64,000 nucleotides of DNA, taken from NCBI RefSeq assembly GCF_041260155.1, contig NC_091937.1, positions 6,704,626 to 6,768,625 on the forward strand. Direction: 5' to 3'. Source of the stretch: Ptychodera flava (Eukaryota). The translations under genes and the position numbers were made by a program. The notes beneath the pieces were generated by a model that searched no databases, was not told the origin of the DNA, and saw nothing but the letters and a program-made list of their open reading frames with translations. Shown in pieces: positions 36,216-49,189 of the stretch; position 1 is the first letter of the stretch; each line of letters begins with the position of its first letter.

Positions 36216-37889
36216 GATATTGCAGTTCTAAAGAAATGTTTGAAATGCCTGGCCAACTTGCTTGGCTAGTTAGGTTCGAAAATGAAAACCTAGAACTACT
36301 AACATGGTTGGTTTCAAGATTCCAATCAACTCCCTGAACTAATAGTGACGCGGATAGTTATTGTCCGGATAAAAAACTACCCAAATGTTTAGCTACAAGG
36401 ACAGCTGTCATCGTTGACCTTTTCAAGATTTTCTTCTAATAACTGAATATTTTGATGTATTATTGTAAGCGAGGTGAAATCTCAAGCATTCAGCTTGTTA
36501 ACACAGCATGTACATACCGGTAGTATACAGGTACAGTACACTGATATTACTGAATCTTATCTGTGCTAAAAAATCCACCGCTCGTGAACAAAAATGACTG
36601 CATATACATACACAAGCTGTGAAGATAAGCTGAATATTTCCATGAATACATCAACAGCAGATACATAACACATGAACACACGGGTTAGATTTTCACGGCA
36701 CAGTACAGTACAAACTTATGATTACCACTGAAGACACAAGACAATTCTTTTAATAAAAGTCTCATGAAAGTTTATTTCAATTCACTAAATACTGAGTGAT
36801 TATGCAGCTGTGCACTTGTCATACAGACAAGTAAAGGTCTCTTGATAGAAATACCTACTGATAGGAGATCAAATCACTACCACAAAATAGAATCAATAAC
36901 TCTATGCTCTCTTTTGTTCAGTACAGGAGCAAGTTTGACATACAAAATATGAAAGACAACAAACAAGAAGTTTCAGTTGTGATGATATCTCTATATGTGG
37001 CCCAGAAAAGCTGTAAAGTTCACAATTTATTTTACTCAAATCTGATTGAAATGATCCAAGGCACTCATAAATAAACATTATCCAGTGGGCATTTTTGAAG
37101 AAAAGTTGTGTGCAACAAAAAAAAACAGGAACACTGGCTAAACATTACAACAAAATATGTAAATTTCACAATCACTTCATCAAAAATGAAGTAAAAATGC
37201 GTGACAGCACTCAGAGCCTGGCACATTGTACTGCACAAAACCAATGTTTTAAACAAATTACATCTATCAAGTAATGTATCCCATCATTTCTTGGCAGTTT
37301 GATGATGCTATCACAGTGAACTACAAAATTATCCACAATATTCAAACTGTTATTTTTTTATCATGTTTGATAGACATGTTTGCTTGAGAAGAAGTGAATG
37401 TGCATTGATGGAACAATAATGTCTGGATGTTTAATTGTTGCAAAGCCTTCATAGAATTATCATAATCCGAACAATGTGATCCTCAATATTGTTGAAAATA
37501 ATGATTCCTCTTCCAATGTCTATTAAGATATGAAATACATAATTTATCCAGTCAAGATTTGTTTCTTACTCACAACAAAATGTTGAACTTGTATCATATT
37601 ATTAATGAAGAAAAAATGACATATTTTATACACTGCACTTTTGATTTGGATAATGATATATTGTGTTAAAATGAAATTTTGGCAGAATTGTAGACACCGC
37701 TAAGATAAATAAGGTTAAGTATGTGTTAAGAAAATTCAATAATTTTATGGTAGGAATAGGATTAAAAATGTACGAATTTAGAAAGTAGATTTTTGCCATT
37801 TCAAAATATAGTGTTGGTTTCACGACTGACCAAATCCATGCCCGCCTGTGAAGGAGTATGTCAACTATCACTGTGTAAAATTTCAGGGG

Positions 37890-38510
37890 ATTTGGAGCAA
37901 ATTTAGAGTGGAAGTTCACCAAGGATGATTTTTACATATGTGCTAGCTTTTTGGTCACTTACCCTGGAAAAGCTATTTTCGCCATTTATAACTTGCACGA
38001 TTTTTACAAAAACCGATAGAAATAGTACAGGAAGTTGCCCATGTAATTTGAATCATGGGAATAAAGCGCCAAGCTTGGGGCTTGCATCATGTGATATGGA
38101 AGGCACCATTTTCCCATGGTTATGGCATTGTCCACTCACCCATGCTTAAACCAGGCTGTGCGTATTTACATAACTTTTGTTTATACTGAGTATCCTTGCA
38201 TAAATGGTGAATCACTTATAATAAACTGTCCACTGTCAGATTTTGTGTTGCTGTTAGGCCTACTACTGTATTACTGTGAGTGGGGGCCATACCCATCCAA
38301 AGATGGTCCCTTCCATATCACATGATGCAAGCTCCAAGCTTGGGGCTTTTTCCCATGATTCAAATTACATGGGCATTTTCCTGTACTATTTTTATCATTT
38401 TCGTAGAAAATCGGGCGAGTATAAATGGTGAAAATAGCTTTTCTGGGGTAAATGACCACAGAGCTACCACATATGTAAAAATCATCCTTGGTGAACTTCC
38501 CCTGGCTTAA
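37890..38510. mobile_element. Foldback-type element: ~235-bp inverted arms (~80-85% identical) around a ~150-bp core that itself has a small inverted repeat (ccactcaccc...gtgagtggg)
   Basis: Mirrored ORF-track peptides 37925-38149 (+) ...NSTGSCPCNLNHGNKAPSLGL... and 38271-38459 (-) ...NSTGKCPCNLNHGKKPQAWSL.... The nucleotide arms were read directly. Confidence 0.75.
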
Positions 38511-39147
38511 TCAAGAATTTTTCAAAAACATGCTATACCAATCTGCATATCTATGACTGTCACGCGTTCCATGACTGGCAATCATGCGTCTGCGTGGTTT
38601 TGATGCCAATGTTTTGCATCTTTGGGTTAAAAATGCACAAAAAGTCTTATTTTCATGGATTAGACAGATTTTCCTTAGCAACTGTTGCCTAGATACTTGA
38701 ATTCTTCGATACTTCCTTAACTACCCTCAGTTCAATGGCTTTGCTCAACATTAAAATACACCATCTTCTTACATTGCTTCACAAGTCTCCCTTATTGTGG
38801 ATTGAGCTTTCTGTTAAGTGAAAAAAGGAAATGAAAATAAATAACTGATTTCAAAATATGGCCGACAAGTCATTGACAATGACACAGTCCCCACTTGAAA
38901 TTGTAAATTAGTCGGTCTGAGTAACTATTGAAGTCAATATGATGTAAATGGAAAAAGATATGAGGGTACCAAAGACCTGTTTGTGATTGATGCCCTACCA
39001 CCCTAATTGTGAAAGGTCTATAAATGTGTCAACCAGTAATTAATTTACAGGATGTTGCTAAATGCTTTTGCTTGTACCAGCTTTCATAACACTGTGAGAT
39101 AATCATTTGTACCAAGTTTCATAAAACTTGATGCAATGCTTCTGGAC

Positions 39148-39410
39148 ATAACCCTTTTCCTGCCAGACAGTATCACTTCCCCATCAGCCAAGTCAGTAAA
39201 AAGCGGTATTGAGCCAAAACATGACGTATTTTCACCCACTTGGCTTGGTCTGTTATAGCATCTTTAGTCCAAATAAATCAAATTTACAGTATTTATGTTT
39301 TCAACAGCTTTCAAATGTACAGTATTATGTTAAAATACACCATATGGAATATATTGTGTTTCCATCTTGACATGGTGATGAAATATGGACTTGGCAGGAA
39401 AAGGGTTAAA
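39148..39410. mobile_element. MITE-2 (~260 bp) with TIR TAACCCTTTTCCTGCCAG / CTGGCAGGAAAAGGGTTA and a subterminal CCAAGTCAGTAAAAAGCGGTA repeat
   Basis: Termini read directly at 39148-39166 and 39391-39410. Confidence 0.7.
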
Positions 39411-40265
39411 TATTCAAATTAGAAATTAATTGAATTGCTACTGCTTAATGTCATTGTACACTATTACTGCTGTCAACATCTGTACCAAGTATCATCAAAA
39501 TTGAGTATTTCTTGACATATTTTACACTCCCAAAGCCCTGTGTGACCTACATTGGTAAAAGCTCATCAAATTTGTGCATTCTCTCTAGGAAACAACTCTT
39601 TTTTTTTCAAAAATCACTGATTGTGCTCATTAGCACTAATTATGCATGCTACACCTAAAACAATGCATATGTATGCCATGGTGTACTTTCCTTATACCAA
39701 GTATGAAAGGAATTGACTCAGGCATGTGTGATTATCTGTGTGGACTGACAGACAGGCGGAGCTAAATTCATAAGTCCCCTGACTAATAACACTGTGCTTC
39801 CATTTGATGAGAACAGAACTACATTCAACAGAAAATAACGTATGAAAAGTAACAGACAACAAAAGTTTCAGAGATGAAATTATTTGGCAAAACCATGGTG
39901 ATAGAGGGACTATGGCAAAACACGAGATATTTGATCAAGAAAATAACTTCTAAAGTATAAAACTTTTCTTCCTTTCCACAGTAGCAGTAATGTCCCCTCA
40001 CCTTTTTGGCAGTTGTTATCAAAGATTTGTACTATATGATTTGATATCTTAATGTTACAAATATCTACATTGTTGAATTATTTTTCTTCCAGTACAAACA
40101 TTGTGTGATGCCTAAATATCTGTAATGGGTATCCAATCATTGTAGGGAGATTTGTGTTGATGTATCACATAAAGTTTTATCCATGAATTTTCATACTAGA
40201 AGACTATTCAAGACTTAACATCATTCCATTAGAAAGTATTTGGTCACATGATACCATCATGAAAT

Positions 40266-41944
40266 GGCCTAATTTTAACCCTTTTCCTGCCAAGCGCCCT
40301 TGTCCGTTATCCTGCCAAGTCAGTAGAAAACCGCCCCATAATATGTGCCTGCAAAAGATTGGCTCTCCTGCATGTTACCCTGCCAGGCATTTTGGCAGAA
40401 ATCGCCCATTTTCAGGGTAGTTTTAGCCGTACTTATACGTGTTAGACTTCGATAATTTCTACATGCCTGTTGACAGGGGAAGGAGCAGCTCATGGGTTAC
40501 TGCAGAAAAAAATTGAGGTCACCGGCTTTGTTTGCCCCTGGGAGTGCGTCATTTTATTGCCGTTTCATGTTTATCATTTCTGAAATAAACTCCTTCAGTA
40601 TTGCGCACGTCCGCTAGGCACAAACATCACCTCAGTCGTCTGTTAGTCAGAGACCCTGGGGGTCGTGCTAGGGGTGCGGCAGCACCGGCAAACCTGTCCT
40701 GTTTCCCCAGGGTAGGGTCAATTGAATACGTACCTTCAACGACTTGGCAGTGTAGCACAAAAACTACGTTTTTGCCGTTGTATTAACGACATGGCTGAGC
40801 CATTGAAGCACAGCTCCACGTAGTTTAGCCAGCTCATTTGGGAGTTGGCTTACGAGTGTTACCGTTCATTACCGACTTAATCGAGTGGTCCTCAGTCAGG
40901 TACGGGTTTGTACCTACATGGATTGGGCTGCAGCTAACCAGTGATAACCAGTCACTACACCCAAGTCGTCAGTCTCACTTTTGCGATGCATGGGTACAAC
41001 GCAATATGCTTCCATTGTTCTAGCCATCGACGTGTCCACATGCCTGGCAGCCATATTGTACTGCTAGCTGGTTTGCATAACAAAAGCAGTCCCTGCTAAG
41101 TGCAGACGGTATCCCCGTACCATTGACCTTATGTCCCCTTTTGAATTCTCTGTACGCAAACAGCGTACGTAGTTACCATGCGTCGGCAAGAGGATACGTT
41201 TGCCTGCAAACCAGAGCCAATACTTCGGACGATGGAATAAATAAAAAATCCAAAGCTACGTCCATTGAATGGCACGGCCAAGGCGGTGAAGGACGTTGCC
41301 TGGCTTGAACTTGCAGAGCTGAAGCCCAGCTTAGTACGTCGGACACCAGTTTGTAATGGTATTTCCGAGTCGTTCACATCCGTTCCATCGGAGGAACAAG
41401 TCGAGCCGTCCCGTCAAAAATGCGTTCTCATTTTCAGTCATGCACAACTGAATAAGTGACTTTCGTCTCGCACCATCGGCACCATCTGCCAAGTCGTTTA
41501 CAAGAGGTAGCCTTCTAGATTAGCATTGCCGAGTTGGTCTGTTCGGCAGCAATCTCTATAGTGCCAGGCAGCCAAGTACGTCCAACTCCGCCAGAAAACG
41601 TCACCATGCTATCCTGCCAAGTCCGCTAAAAAGCGGTAAAAAAAACCCAGCCCCCCTCGGGTGTGGGGGACTGGCGGACAGGTTTCTGCACCTTTCCCTG
41701 TCTATCGACTCCCTGCGAACCCATTTCGAGGGGAAAAGGCGTTCCTTGTCAGAAAACCTCTCCTCGGATGACCCCTAAACGCACAGGGTATAGCAAAACG
41801 TAGTGCCGTCGACTTGGCAGGAAAGGGGGTACCCAAAAAGGGCCCGATTTCCACCGGGTTGGTAGAATAACGGTCACCAGTGCTTAGATTCTGGCTACAC
41901 CGAATTTCAAGCGGATTTTCACCGACTTGGCAGGAAAAGGGTTT
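40266..41944. mobile_element. 1.7-kb element of the same TIR family as MITE-2 (TAACCCTTTTCCTGCCAAG ... CTTGGCAGGAAAAGGGTTTA). It has several subterminal CCTGCCAAGTC..AAAAGCGGTA repeats in both orientations and a GC-rich ~1.1-kb core (40600-41700).
   Basis: Termini at 40266 and 41925-41944. Subterminal repeats at 40305, 41604, 41808 and 41918. The core has only short ORFs (up to 85 aa) and nothing that looks like a transposase. Confidence 0.65.
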
Positions 41945-42844
41945 ATACATGATATACACTACTTTTAAGTTTAGATAATATTTGTTGTAACTGAATGTGG
42001 AAATCTTGACTTCTACATGCTGTCCTGACCAATGTCATCAGTAACCCTTGATAAATTACGTGTTTCAACTTCTCAGTACATATATACACAACCTACTGCA
42101 ATAAGTTTATATTGCAAATGGAAGCTAAAAATTTAAAATGGCCATCGACTGATCGTACACACAAATGTATAAGGATCAAGTGACACAAAATGTTCATTTC
42201 TGAGGTCAGAAATAATGCATTTTGCTGGACACTAGACAAATAGATTGTAAAATTGGTAATTAAACATGATTGTCCAGATACTTGGTGAATTACTTACTTC
42301 TAGAACATTGCTTGATCTTATCTGATGTAACAGTAAGCTAAGTGCATACCAATGACAGACAGAGAAATCCAATGATGAACAATTGTAAATGACACCACAA
42401 AATAGCTGGTAGTGCCTTACATTTTCCAGAACAAGTTGGAGAGTTGCAATTGGTGTAAAACTAAATTAAATAACTTTGAAAAAAAGTCTTTAAAAATATC
42501 GCCTACAGTGATAAGCTTAATGGCAGTAGTGGAACTTGTTCAATATCTATTAATGAAACAAAAAGGTCAAGGTAGTGTAGAAATGTTGAAAATGGCAAAA
42601 AATCTATCTTGTGAGAAGTCATTATCTGCAAAAAATACAGCAAATTGCCTAGGTTTCTATGTGATATCTAGCCATTTTTCTTTCCATGAAAACTATACAC
42701 AAACTATCACATGTGCATCAACATTTAACATGTGTCATTTTTCTATGAATAGTGAAAGTTTATATCAAATTTCTTTCGCCCACAAAGTTTAGATGACAGT
42801 TTCAAATTGAGGCATTATTCTGAAATTATGTCCTCGCCTCCATA

Positions 42845-42995
42845 AGTGGCCATGCTTCCTGTAATTGGCCCCTGTGAATTATCTTCCAATTTTAATCATT
42901 CACTGAATTGCGTACAATTCCTGCTGAATTAAGCCGACAGGAAAAAGGAGCTTTGTCATTGATGAGAGCCCATTTTTTGGCCAATTTGACCTTCA
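42845..42995 (-). mobile_element. Short fragment of the same LINE family as 43066-44020
   Basis: ~75% identical to 43735-43890. On the minus strand it encodes a ...LNSAGIVRNSVNDLNWKI...-like peptide. Confidence 0.5.
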
Positions 42996-43065
42996 CTTCA
43001 TATCATTTGTTATCAAATTTCCAATAAAGTGACTTGGCATTGACGTAGTTCTCCAAGTCTAGAAT

Positions 43066-44020
43066 ATTTTTTTTTTTTAAGCAAAGTAGAATTTATTCAG
43101 GAATAGTGACTTTGATGGTAGATATGTTTCCATCAACAAGTCCATAATTTTTTTGAAAAAGATAAATTTATTTCAACACCGTCACTAACAAAACAAGTCT
43201 ACATAACTGTGAATGCATTAAAATTACAATGCGTCTTGTCTGAAAAAACAAATAATTAGCTGTTTAATTGCAAAGATCATCATATGAATGCATTCAGGGT
43301 GCATTCTTCTCCTTCACGTCTTACAAGGCTTGAAAACTTTGTGATAAAATCCTCAGTTTTGTTAATCATCTTATTAGTGAAATATAATGTATTCATCCAT
43401 GAAGAGAGATAACATTTTAATTGCATGACATAGGATTGAAGGGAAACTTTAATCCCATCAAAAGTAACCGAATTTCGAATATTCCAAACTGTGTATTTTA
43501 CAACGGAAGTAATACAGTAAATAATGTCAGATGTTGCATTGTTATCGTTTTCGATTCCTCCAATTGCTAATCTTTTGATATTGATATTATTATCAAAGTT
43601 ATGTTTTCTGACAAAGAAAGAAATGCATTTCTGCCGGATTTCTTTAACATATTAACACTCAAATAAGATGTGTTCCAGTGTTTTTTCTTGGCCACAAATA
43701 TGGCATTTCCCATCACTTAAATTGAAAGTTTTGGCCAAGCTTCCTGTGACTAGGCCTCGATGGAAAATCTTCCAATTTAAATCATTTACTGAATTGCTGA
43801 CAATTCCTGTTGAATTAAGACGGCTGAATAAAGTAGCTTTGTAATTGTCAGTGAGATTTAGATTCTCAGCCCATTTTTGACCAATCTGATAAGTCCAGAA
43901 TCTCATAGTTAGTTGTGGAAAGCGCCCTCTATCAACCAAACATGGCAAGTTTGCTTTAATGAACTCCACTGCAGTGCTGGTTTTGAATCTCTCTATTTGA
44001 CTTTTAAAACAAGGGTACAC
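43066..44020 (-). mobile_element. 5'-truncated non-LTR retrotransposon (CR1/L2-like) 3' portion: the ORF2 C-terminus, a ~570-bp 3'UTR, and a poly(A) tail seen as T13 at 43066-43078 on the plus strand
   Basis: The minus-strand ORF 43652-44020 ends ...NLSDGKCHICGQEKTLEHILFEC, the C-x2-C...E-T-L-E-H-x-L-F-x-C tail motif typical of CR1/L2-clade ORF2 proteins. Confidence 0.6.
43652..44020 (-). CDS. LINE ORF2 C-terminal fragment (122 aa; the RT domain is absent because of truncation)
   Basis: As above. Confidence 0.55.
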   Translation of the reverse strand: MYPCFKSQIERFKTSTAVEFIKANLPCLVDRGRFPQLTMRFWTYQIGQKWAENLNLTDNYKATLFSRLNSTGIVSNSVNDLNWKIFHRGLVTGSLAKTFNLSDGKCHICGQEKTLEHILFEC

Positions 44021-45299
44021 AGTACTGTTTGATAGAGTACTTATTTTTATTTTTTATTTCACTTTTACAGCATCAACAGTCTAGTGTGTACTTTAAAGAA
44101 TCATATAATTAGCCAAAACTACAGTTTTTGAAATTGCTTCTCACAAACACTCATATTTCACCCATAAAGCCGACATATGAGAACAGATATTACATAATCA
44201 AAACTTCAGAAAACCAGTTCTTGAGGTCATAAAAGTAAATAAATACATGAATCATGAATACGTGAATAACTAAAATAATAAATAAATACTGCAATTAATT
44301 GTTGTGCCATTTCTACTTTTGCCGATATTTGAATGCTTTTGCACGGTGTAAAAAAACCACAAATACTTCCATGCTTGATTTTCATTCCTTTATTTCAGAA
44401 CTTTTGTACAGCCTCTTTCCTGGTAACTGTGAATTCAATCATGGTGTTGTTGTACTATAGGTTGTACCTTGCATCAACCTGAGTACAGCGCAACAGCTTT
44501 ATCATTTAGAGCAACTTGTTTCACTTGGAACACAAGTCTCCTCGATGATCATCCGGGTCGCATAACCAGCAGCTGTCTCAGACTTCCTCGGTTACGGTGT
44601 AACTAACGAGAGGTCCTAGACTTATACACAGCCATGTAAAGAGGCTGGAACATTTGGTCAAAATGAAAAGAGAATGTTCAGACTTTAAACCAAAAACTTC
44701 AGGAAGTTTACAGTATAACAGCTGTAAACCGATACTTTTTCATCACTTTTTGTTCTGCATTTTTTTCACATTTCCTCGTTAGATCTACTCAAAAAAGTAT
44801 ATTTATTACTACCATATATTCTCCGAGTAAACGATGTCTGTACATGTAATGTACATTATTGCCCTAGACAGTGAACTGAACTGATCAATAATCAGTGTGG
44901 ATATACAGTTAGCCTTGGTTTACGTCAGTGATTTGTGAAATAAAGTCATTTCACCAAGTCGCAACGCATTAATATAACTAATATGATTGCAATAGGATCC
45001 TGCATTATCTTCATTGAGTTGTACAGAGCGTGGCACTGAGCATTTACGAGGTCACATCAAACACTCTGGGTAGTATATTTGCGCCTATTTAGGTCGACTG
45101 AATGCAATGAATGGTAAGTTTCTCATGATAACTCCAATACGTAGCAGCCAGAAAAAACAACCTTGATTACTCTACTTCATTGCATTCGCTGAATTATTTT
45201 TTAGTCCCCGCGGACGAAGTCCGGCGGGGACTTATAGATTGGGTCCCGTCTGTGCGTCCGTCCGTCCGTCCGTCCGTCCGTCCGTCCGTCCGTCATCAA

Positions 45300-46640
45300 C
45301 AGTTTCTCAGACACTGCTGAACCAATTTTGTTCAAACTTGGCACAAAGGCATAGCCCTATGACCTACAGATGCACGTCGATTTATTTTGTGATACGATCG
45401 AATTTGGCCGCGAGGCGGCCATTTTGTTGCGATTTTTCATGTCTTTGGACCATAACTCAGACATCCTTGAGCAGATTATGTTCAAACTTGGCACAAAGGC
45501 ATAACACTATGGCTTTCATATCCATGTCAAATAATTTTGCGATATAATCCAATATGGGCGCGAGGCGGCCATTTTGTTGCATTTTTCATGTCTTTGGACC
45601 ATAACTCAGACATCCTTGAACAGATTCTGTTCAAACTTGGCACAAAGGCATAACACTATGGCCTACATGTGCATGTCAAATTAGTTTGCGATACGATCCA
45701 ATATGGCCGCGAGGCGGCCATTTTGTTTGCGATTTTTCGTGTCTTAATTGAACCATAACTTAAACATCCTCGAACTGATTCTGTTCAAACTTGGCACAAA
45801 GGCATAACACTATGGCCTACACATGCATGTCAAATTATATTGCGATACGATCCAATATGGTTGCGAGGCGGCCATTTTGTTGCGATTTTTCATGTCTATG
45901 GACCATAACTCAGACATTCTTGAACCGATTTTGTTCAAATTTGGCACAAAAGCAAACAGTATGCCCTTCATATGAACACCAATTTATTTTGTGAAATGAT
46001 CCAATATGGCTGACAGGTGGCCATTTTTTTGCGATTTTTTCATGTCTTTGAACCGTAACTCAAACATCCTTGAACCGATTTTGTTCAAACTTGGCACAAA
46101 GGCAAAGCACGTACTATGGCATGCATATGCATGTATCAATTAACCTTGCGATAGGATCCAATATGGCTGCAGAACTGCCATTTTGTTGGAATTTTGCATG
46201 TCTTTGAAGCATAATTCAAGGTCATTACACCCATTTTGTCCAAACTTGGCACAAAGATCAAGCACTATGGCATACATGTCAATTTACTTCGTGACTATGT
46301 TCCAATATGGCTGCCAGATTGTAAATTTTTTCCAATATCTCTTAATCATATGCAAATATTCCTAAACCAATGTTGTTGAGACTTGGTACAAAGATAAAGT
46401 ACTATGGCATACATATGCATGTCTACTAATTTTGTGCTATGATCCATATGGTCAAGAGACAGCCATTTGATTTCAATTTTGGTGTGATACTTTTATGTCT
46501 TTGAAACATAAACATAGGTCACTGTCCCTCGATGGACTGATTTTGTTCAAACGTGATACGAAGATAAAATACTATGGCTGCATTCTTGTGCACATTAAAT
46601 TGTTTCATTATATGATCCGAAATGGCTGATTACAACAACA
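45300..46640. repeat. Satellite-1 array: ~150-bp monomers in ~9 copies that degrade distally, each with the palindrome ATGGCCGCGAGGCGGCCAT
   Basis: Recurring caaacttggcacaaaggcata at 45335, 45483, 45634 and 45788. Homologous to the array at 12440-14175. Confidence 0.9.
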
Positions 46641-47289
46641 TACCCAATCCCATAGCATTTCGAAAATTCCACCAAACCATGTGTATAGTATGTGCCGTCA
46701 TGACACTAGAGGCAGTGAGGGCATCGTTATGTGTGATGTAATCAAAAGTTCCTTCAGTGGTCATTACCGGCAGAGATGAGTCATTTATTACACGTTCCTC
46801 AGATTACTTTATTATGCAAGTCACAGGCCTGATGCACCCATTGCATCAATGTCATTCCACAGCGACCTAGACCACAGCTACCTAGACACCAATGATTATA
46901 ACAAAATGGACAAGCGGGGACTGTGTCATCAACGATGACTTGTTTATTCACAGACTTGTACCAAGTCTATTGCAAGATATATATCAAATTTTGGTTTATT
47001 CTCAACTCATCATAAGGAAAACTTTTTGTAACAATAAGGATACAAATTGAATCTTTTGTTTGATTTCTGGGATTGATTGAATAGGCGGCGTGCCTTTGAT
47101 GACATTTAGTTTGTGTCTGAAAAAAGTCTGTGGCTGCGTTTATTTTGTTGCGCTGCACAAAAGAGTCAGCGCTGACTCCATTTTCGCTGTAACATTGACC
47201 AGATATGGAACAAAATTACTAAACAAGCGACCTAGCGGCCGATATAGCTCCGCTGTGTTTATGTACAGAATAACTATTTTTGACACATG

Positions 47290-48620
47290 TTGATGAAGAA
47301 GGTGGAAATCTTTGATAACTCAATGCAGTGGCCAGAAAAATGTGGCTAAAATAAGCTGCAAAAATACAAAATTGAAGATTTCATCATACTTTGAATATAT
47401 CACATCCGATCATCCCTAAGAACATGTCAACCAAAGCTATCTGATGAGTAGTTTTTTGAGAATAAAATATTCTGACCAAAAATGGCAACAATTGCCCCCC
47501 AAAAATAAAAATTGCAGATTTCATCATAATTTCAAAATATCACACTTAGTTATACCAAATTTCAAAGCTGTTAGACCAGTACTTTTTGAGAAACGCATTT
47601 TTTGACCAAAAATGGGAAAAATTGCCCCAAAAATTCAAAATTGCAGATGTCATCATTATTTCAATAAATATCATTTAGTTCATCTATGGAAACCTGTATA
47701 CCAAATTTCAAAGCTATCAGATAAGTAGTTTTGGAAATACACATTTTTTGACCAAAAATGGCAAAAATTGCCCCAAAAATACAAAATTACAGATTTCATC
47801 AGAAATTCAATATATATTACTAAGCTTATCTGTAGAAACCTGTATACCAAATTTCAAAGCTATCAGACCAGTACTTTTTGAGAAACACATTTTTTGACCA
47901 AAAATGGCAAAAATTGCCCCAAAAATACAAAATTGCAGATTTCATCATTATTTCGATAAATATCATTTAGTTCATCTGTAGAAACCTCTATACCAAATTT
48001 CAAAGCTATCAGATGAGTAGTTTTGGAAGTACACATTTTTTGACCAAAAATGGCAAAAATTGCCCCAAAAATACAAAATTACAGATTTCATCAGAAATTC
48101 AATATATTACTTAGTTCATCTATAGAAACCTGTATACCAAATTTCAAAACTATCAGACCAGTACTTTTTGAGAAATACATTTTTTGACCAAAAATGGCAA
48201 AAATTGCCTTAAAAATGTAAATTTGCATATTTCTGCACAATTTGAACAAATCTGAAATAGATCATCCCTAGGGACATATGTACCAAATATAAAAGCTATC
48301 TGACCAGTAGTTTTGAAGAAGAAGATTTTTAAAGATTTTTTTACCAAAAATGACAAAAATTGCCTTAAAATACAAATATGCAAATTTCACCACCATTTGA
48401 ACAAATCTGATTTAAGTCACCCTAAGCAAACTGCATATCAAATTCAAAGCAATCGAACGAGCGGTTTCAGAGAAGAAGATTTTTTTACCAAAAACACAAA
48501 AAAATGCCCCAAAAATACAAATATGCAAATATCACCATGATTTGAACAAACTGAAGTAAGGTCACCCCAAGTGAACTGCATATAAAATTTCAAAGCAATT
48601 GGACTTGTGGTTTTAGAGGA
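47290..48620. repeat. Satellite-2 array: ~130-150-bp monomers in ~9-10 copies, core ttttgaccaaaaatggcaaaaattgccccaaaaatacaaaattgcagatttcatca
   Basis: Direct read. Unrelated to satellite-1. The same family occurs inverted at 16400-16900. Confidence 0.9.
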
Positions 48621-48633
48621 GAAGGCAATTGTT

Positions 48634-48690
48634 GACGGACGACGGACGACGGACGACGGACGCCGGACGACGGACGCCGGACGACGACGG
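48634..48690. repeat. (GACGGAC/GCCGGAC)n simple repeat, the reverse complement of the (GTCCGTCC)n at 45248-45292
   Basis: Direct read. Confidence 0.9.
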
Positions 48691-49189
48691 ATAATCAACC
48701 TATTTGATAAGCTCCGCGTCGCTGACAGCGGAGCTAAAAAATGAAAGTTGCCGCTACTTATCCTTTTGAGTCAATCACTGTATCAGCAACTCTGTTCTTG
48801 TTCTTTCTTCATAACAATGTGAATTCAAAAATGCGGTGAAACAATATTGTCTGATTCTCTCCAGTGAGATATATATTTACTCAGCATTCAGTTTTATAAA
48901 ATTATAGGATGTGATTTTTTAACATGCATTCCCAGAGAATAAAAGAAGCTACGATGCATATTTATTATCTGGCCTTAGGAACCCAGAGAATGGTACAATT
49001 CCTGATGGCTGCACCATGTGTGCAAGGAGTACAAATTCATTGGCAATTTGTTTTTGTTTTATGTCTGAACAAGTCATGCAGACATTGCAATATTGAAAAT
49101 TAATGATATATGGGACAATACACTCTTACCACTCCCAGGTTGAAATGTATGGACCACTTTATACAAAGTGAGACCACAGAGTGAAAGGA

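Larger units (their letters stand above)
45209..48741 (+). mobile_element. Composite satellite-bearing element B with structurally inverted termini. Start: T-run + AG + hairpin (tccccgcggac gaa gtccggcgggga) + CTTAT + (GTCCGTCC)n. End: (GACGGACG)n + ATAAG + hairpin (agctccgc gtcgctgac agcggagct) + A-run. Inside are two different satellite arrays and ~650 bp of unique sequence.
   Basis: The reverse complement of 48634-48741 has the same order of parts as 45201-45300. Element A (12289) shares the start terminus. Confidence 0.6.

Noticed and set aside
40600-41700. GC-rich block as an rRNA or snRNA gene, or a transposase CDS
   Set aside because: No resemblance to 5S or U-snRNA sequences as I remember them. 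The longest ORF is 85 aa with no transposase motifs. It remains unexplained cargo of the TIR element.
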